This document shows, one piece after another, positions 50,113 to 53,185 of a stretch of 53,185 nt of DNA. The DNA lies in IMG/VR virus record IMGVR_UViG_3300046740_000679, positions 1 to 53,185 of that record; one strand, given 5' to 3'. Each line of letters opens with the position of its first letter. Within the stretch, counting starts at the first letter, position 1. The notes beneath the pieces are model-generated. The model did not search any database and was not told the origin of the DNA. It was given only the letters and a program-made list of their open reading frames with translations. Origin of the DNA: a virus (lineage: Duplodnaviria; Caudoviricetes). A program made the position numbers and the translations under genes.

Positions 50113-51708
50113 TCAAGTGTCTTGCGCGAGCGCTGTCCGTCCCGCGAGCTCGCCCATCGTCATCGTCGCCGTGACGACCTTCGCGAGCTTCGCCGGGCTC
50201 ATGGCCTGGTAGGCCTTCGCGAGGCGATCGCGGATGTCGCCGAAGTCTTCGCCGTCCTCGACGGCCTTGAGGATCGCTTTGAGGTCGGGCGCGATCGCGG
50301 TGACCGCCCGCTCGCGCGCGGTGTCGGCGAGGTTGTCTGCGTACGTCTGTCCTGCTTTGAGGCCGGTACGCTTCGGAGCCGCGGCCTTGGCGCGACGTCC
50401 GCGGGCCGCCTTGCCGCCGCCCCCTTGATCGCCTCCGCCGTCGGCATTGTCTCCGCCGCCGTTCCCCCCGTTGCCACCGTCACCGGGCCCGCCGAACGGG
50501 TTCGGCGGAGGCGGGGGCGCCTCGAGGAGCGGGATCGCCGCGCCGGCGAGAAGGGGAACCTTGAACGTCGCGCAGAACTCCGCGAGATCGATCGGGAGCT
50601 TGAACGCCGCGAACTGCGCGAGCGCGGTGCCGCCGGCGACCCAAAGATCGGCGAGGGCTTTGAGGTCCTCGGGCGGGTCGATCGCCCACTGCGGCCAGGG
50701 CGCGAGATCGCGGCTGCCGTAGTTGAACTCGGCCCACCAGGTGAGCGCCTGCTCGTGCGTGCACGTCGACGCGGTCTCGGCGGTGAAGCGAAGGACGCTC
50801 GCCTCGGCGACCTTGTGCACGTCGGCCGCGGCGAAGCTGCCTCCGGTCACTTCCGTCGAGAGGTTGTTCCCGAGGACCGTGATCGCGAACGCGGCGTTGG
50901 CGCCGTCGTTCTGCGCCTTGAACGTCATCCACGTGTTGGCGATGTCCGAGACGACTTTGAAATCCCATCCGGGCGGCATCGCGAGGGTCGCCCCGCGCGC
51001 CATGGCTTTCATGTCGGCCGCGAGCTCTTTGCGATCGTTCTTTCCGGGGTTCGCGGCGGCGGTCGACGTCGCGACGCGCGTCGTTTGGCCGTGGCCTTCG
51101 GAGTACTGCCCCCAGTCGGTGATCGCGTACTGCTTCAGCAGCCACCAGCGCGCGAGCCCGCGCCAAAGCCCCTTGGCCCACGGACGCTTCCGGCCGTACG
51201 GCGTGTAGAGGATCCAATTGCCGTCGCCCGGCGCGATCGGGACCCACGTCCCGCCGTCGATGCGCGCTTCCCATGTGCGCGTCTGCCAGTTCCACCGCAG
51301 GTTCCGAGGGTGCCATGCATCGAGGACACCGACGACGCGGTCGCCCTTCGTCACCCACGTCATGCGGCCGACGCCGATGCCGAGGAGCGTGCCCCACTTG
51401 AGGACCTCGCCGAGCTCCTCCTCGGCGAACATCGCCCACCAGTCCTCCCCGACGTCGAGCGCTTTGACCGGGCGGCGCTTGCCGCGCGACGCTTCGAACG
51501 TGAGGTCGAGACCGAGGACGCCGTGAATACGTTTGTTGATGACCGCGAGGAGGCGGTCGTCGGCCATCATCTGATCGCAGAGGTCGGCCGCTTGGAGAAG
51601 CGTGCCGCTGTCCGCAAGGAGCTCGGCGCTCCGGATGAGCAGCGGCGTCCAGTCTTGGAACGCGCGGACCGACGGCTCCTGAACGATGGCGAGGTTGGGT
51701 GTGCTCAT
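50113..51708 (-). CDS. Portal protein (Mu gp29 / DUF935-like)
   Basis: Follows terL; GLWRGLARWWLLK....DW..YSE.HG...VLGNNLSTE..GGSFAAADVH. Confidence 0.9.
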   Translation of the reverse strand: MSTPNLAIVQEPSVRAFQDWTPLLIRSAELLADSGTLLQAADLCDQMMADDRLLAVINKRIHGVLGLDLTFEASRGKRRPVKALDVGEDWWAMFAEEELGEVLKWGTLLGIGVGRMTWVTKGDRVVGVLDAWHPRNLRWNWQTRTWEARIDGGTWVPIAPGDGNWILYTPYGRKRPWAKGLWRGLARWWLLKQYAITDWGQYSEGHGQTTRVATSTAAANPGKNDRKELAADMKAMARGATLAMPPGWDFKVVSDIANTWMTFKAQNDGANAAFAITVLGNNLSTEVTGGSFAAADVHKVAEASVLRFTAETASTCTHEQALTWWAEFNYGSRDLAPWPQWAIDPPEDLKALADLWVAGGTALAQFAAFKLPIDLAEFCATFKVPLLAGAAIPLLEAPPPPPNPFGGPGDGGNGGNGGGDNADGGGDQGGGGKAARGRRAKAAAPKRTGLKAGQTYADNLADTARERAVTAIAPDLKAILKAVEDGEDFGDIRDRLAKAYQAMSPAKLAKVVTATMTMGELAGRTALAQDT

Positions 51709-51718
51709 CGTCGTTCTT

Positions 51719-53125
51719 TCAGCGCCGTGAGCTTCCGATCACGATCAAGCCTTCGCCGCCATGCGCGCCGTCGAGCATCAGATCGGTGATTCCGTAGACC
51801 ATCGCGTCGACGCGATCGGGGCTCTTCTTGGAGACGCCCGGCACCCATGTGCACATCTGATCTTCGAGCTCGGGGAACGAGCCGGCGTGGTGCACGCGCT
51901 TCTGTTCGTAGAGGGCCGCAACAGGTTCAGCGCGGAGCGCCTTGCCCTTCTTCGCGTGAATCGCCCGATAGCTGACGTTCTGGTCGACGGTGCGGATCGT
52001 CGACTCGACGAGGTCCCCGCCGTTATTGACCTCGGCGATGATGCGGTCGGCGTCGCGGTCGTTGTATGCTTTGACCGACGTGGTCGCCCACTCATGGGGC
52101 GAAAACAGGCCGCTCAGATCGTCGAGAATGTAGCCGTCACCGTCGACGCCAAGCCCCGACGAGATGATTCCGGTTTCGTCGCTGCCCTCTTCCGCGCTGA
52201 CGGCGGGATCGATCGAGACGACGATGCGCTCCATCGCCGGGAGCAGCTTCGGGTTCGCAAGCTGAAGGAGCTCGAGCTGCGCCCGCTTCCAAAGCGCACC
52301 CGGCGTGTCGTCGAGGACCTCGGCGTAGAGCTCCTGGCGACCGAGCCGCGTGCCCTCGTACTTCGCGATGATCGTTTCGAGGAAGGTCGGGGCGAGGTTG
52401 CCCTTGTTCTCGAACGTCGATCCCTTCGTGACAGCGACGGACCGGCGAAGCTTCCTGCCGCGCGGCGTGACCGTCGGGTAGCTGCCCGCGAGGAGCTCGC
52501 GGATGATCTTCGTCGGCCGCGGCGTCGTCGTGATGACGGCTTGCGGATTGTTCCCGAGGCGGAGACCGAACTTGAACTGATCCCAGGCGTCGACGAAGCG
52601 CCACGCGGCGAGCTCGTCGGCCCATCCCCCCGTGTGCTGCGGTCCGCGAAGCTGGTCCGGCTTGTCGGCCGAATACGTCGTCGCGATCGCGCCGTTCTTC
52701 CACGTCAGACGCCGCTTCGACGGCTCGTACTTCGGAGTGTTCCAAGGGGGGGCGGTGGCGAGGATGCCGCTCTCGCCCTCCACCATGACGTCGCGAACGT
52801 CAGCGGCGGTGCGGCCGACCAGGGCGAGCCGTTCGTTCGAGGGGACGTGCCGCGGGCCTACGCGTTCGCGGCACCATTCGGCGCCGGTGCGCGACTTGCC
52901 GAAACCGCGACCCGCGAGAATGAGCCAGAATTGCCACTTCCACGCGGGCGCGACCTGCTTCGGCCGCGCCCAGAAACCACGCCAGATGTACTCAAGGGCC
53001 GCCCGATCCTGGGGGGTCGGCGCTATCTCCCGGAGCGCTTTCGCCCTCTCCGAGGCGGGAAGCGAGGCTATCGAGGCGGCCAGCGAGTCGCTGTTCGGCC
53101 TGAGAGAGCTCGTCCAAGGTGTCAT
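51719..53125 (-). CDS. terL: Terminase large subunit
   Basis: AGRGFGKS (Walker A), WADELAAW (Walker B), TTTPRP, SIDPA, EVNNGGD, SPDRVDA. Confidence 0.96.
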   Translation of the reverse strand: MTPWTSSLRPNSDSLAASIASLPASERAKALREIAPTPQDRAALEYIWRGFWARPKQVAPAWKWQFWLILAGRGFGKSRTGAEWCRERVGPRHVPSNERLALVGRTAADVRDVMVEGESGILATAPPWNTPKYEPSKRRLTWKNGAIATTYSADKPDQLRGPQHTGGWADELAAWRFVDAWDQFKFGLRLGNNPQAVITTTPRPTKIIRELLAGSYPTVTPRGRKLRRSVAVTKGSTFENKGNLAPTFLETIIAKYEGTRLGRQELYAEVLDDTPGALWKRAQLELLQLANPKLLPAMERIVVSIDPAVSAEEGSDETGIISSGLGVDGDGYILDDLSGLFSPHEWATTSVKAYNDRDADRIIAEVNNGGDLVESTIRTVDQNVSYRAIHAKKGKALRAEPVAALYEQKRVHHAGSFPELEDQMCTWVPGVSKKSPDRVDAMVYGITDLMLDGAHGGEGLIVIGSSRR

Positions 53126-53185
53126 CCGGTGTATCGGCCCCGGAGTAGTGAAGCTTCCGGTCGGCCAGGGTGCGCACCCGGTCGC
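52992..53185 (-). CDS. terS: Terminase small subunit, 3' part (joins 1-518)
   Basis: Frame is continuous with the 518 ATG through the terminal repeat. Confidence 0.7.
   Translation of the reverse strand, partial: DRVRTLADRKLHYSGADTPDDTLDELSQAEQRLAGRLDSLASRLGEGESAPGDSADPPGSGGP
53059..53185. repeat. Terminal direct repeat (copy 2)
   Basis: Identical to 1-127. Confidence 0.95.

Noticed and set aside
50380-50530. Gly/Pro-rich repeat in the portal gene as an insertion element
   Set aside because: In-frame low-complexity linker with no terminal repeats or target duplication
49870-51789. Long + strand ORFs (639 aa here; also 47982-49223, 41713-42954, 33155-34426 and 90-1013)
   Set aside because: Antisense shadows of high-GC genes; Arg-rich, with no motifs

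Overview
The window appears to be a complete, circularly assembled genome of a GC-rich temperate tailed phage with a contractile tail. The unique length is 53,058 bp; bases 1-127 equal 53059-53185, and the small terminase gene runs across that junction. A Myxococcota host is inferred from DAG-repeat lipoproteins and an Mx8-like int/attP layout. A divergent cro/cI switch lies at about 15.2-16.4 kb. The leftward early arm carries a CII-like gene, a structured RNA region, xis, and an integrase with an internal tRNA-Arg(CCT) attP. It continues with DUF6884, DUF1643, a DNA-modification cluster, a replication initiator with iterons, a DnaA-domain-IV protein, a frameshifted RusA and an Acb2/Tad1-like gene. 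That arm runs into the minus-strand late genes: terS/terL, a Mu-like portal and head, sheath and tube, a frameshifting chaperone, tape measure, baseplate, a sialidase-containing fibre and an unusual lysis block. The rightward early arm encodes Bet plus a Cas4-like exonuclease, many small proteins and a lipoprotein-LITAF cassette. The most notable observations are attP inside int, a repressor followed in frame by an HTH-less copy of its own C-terminal domain, two structured RNA regions, a 16-bp inverted repeat framing two convergent micro-ORFs, a eukaryote-like LITAF protein and a candidate anti-defence sponge. All family assignments come from motif recognition by eye; no database search was run.
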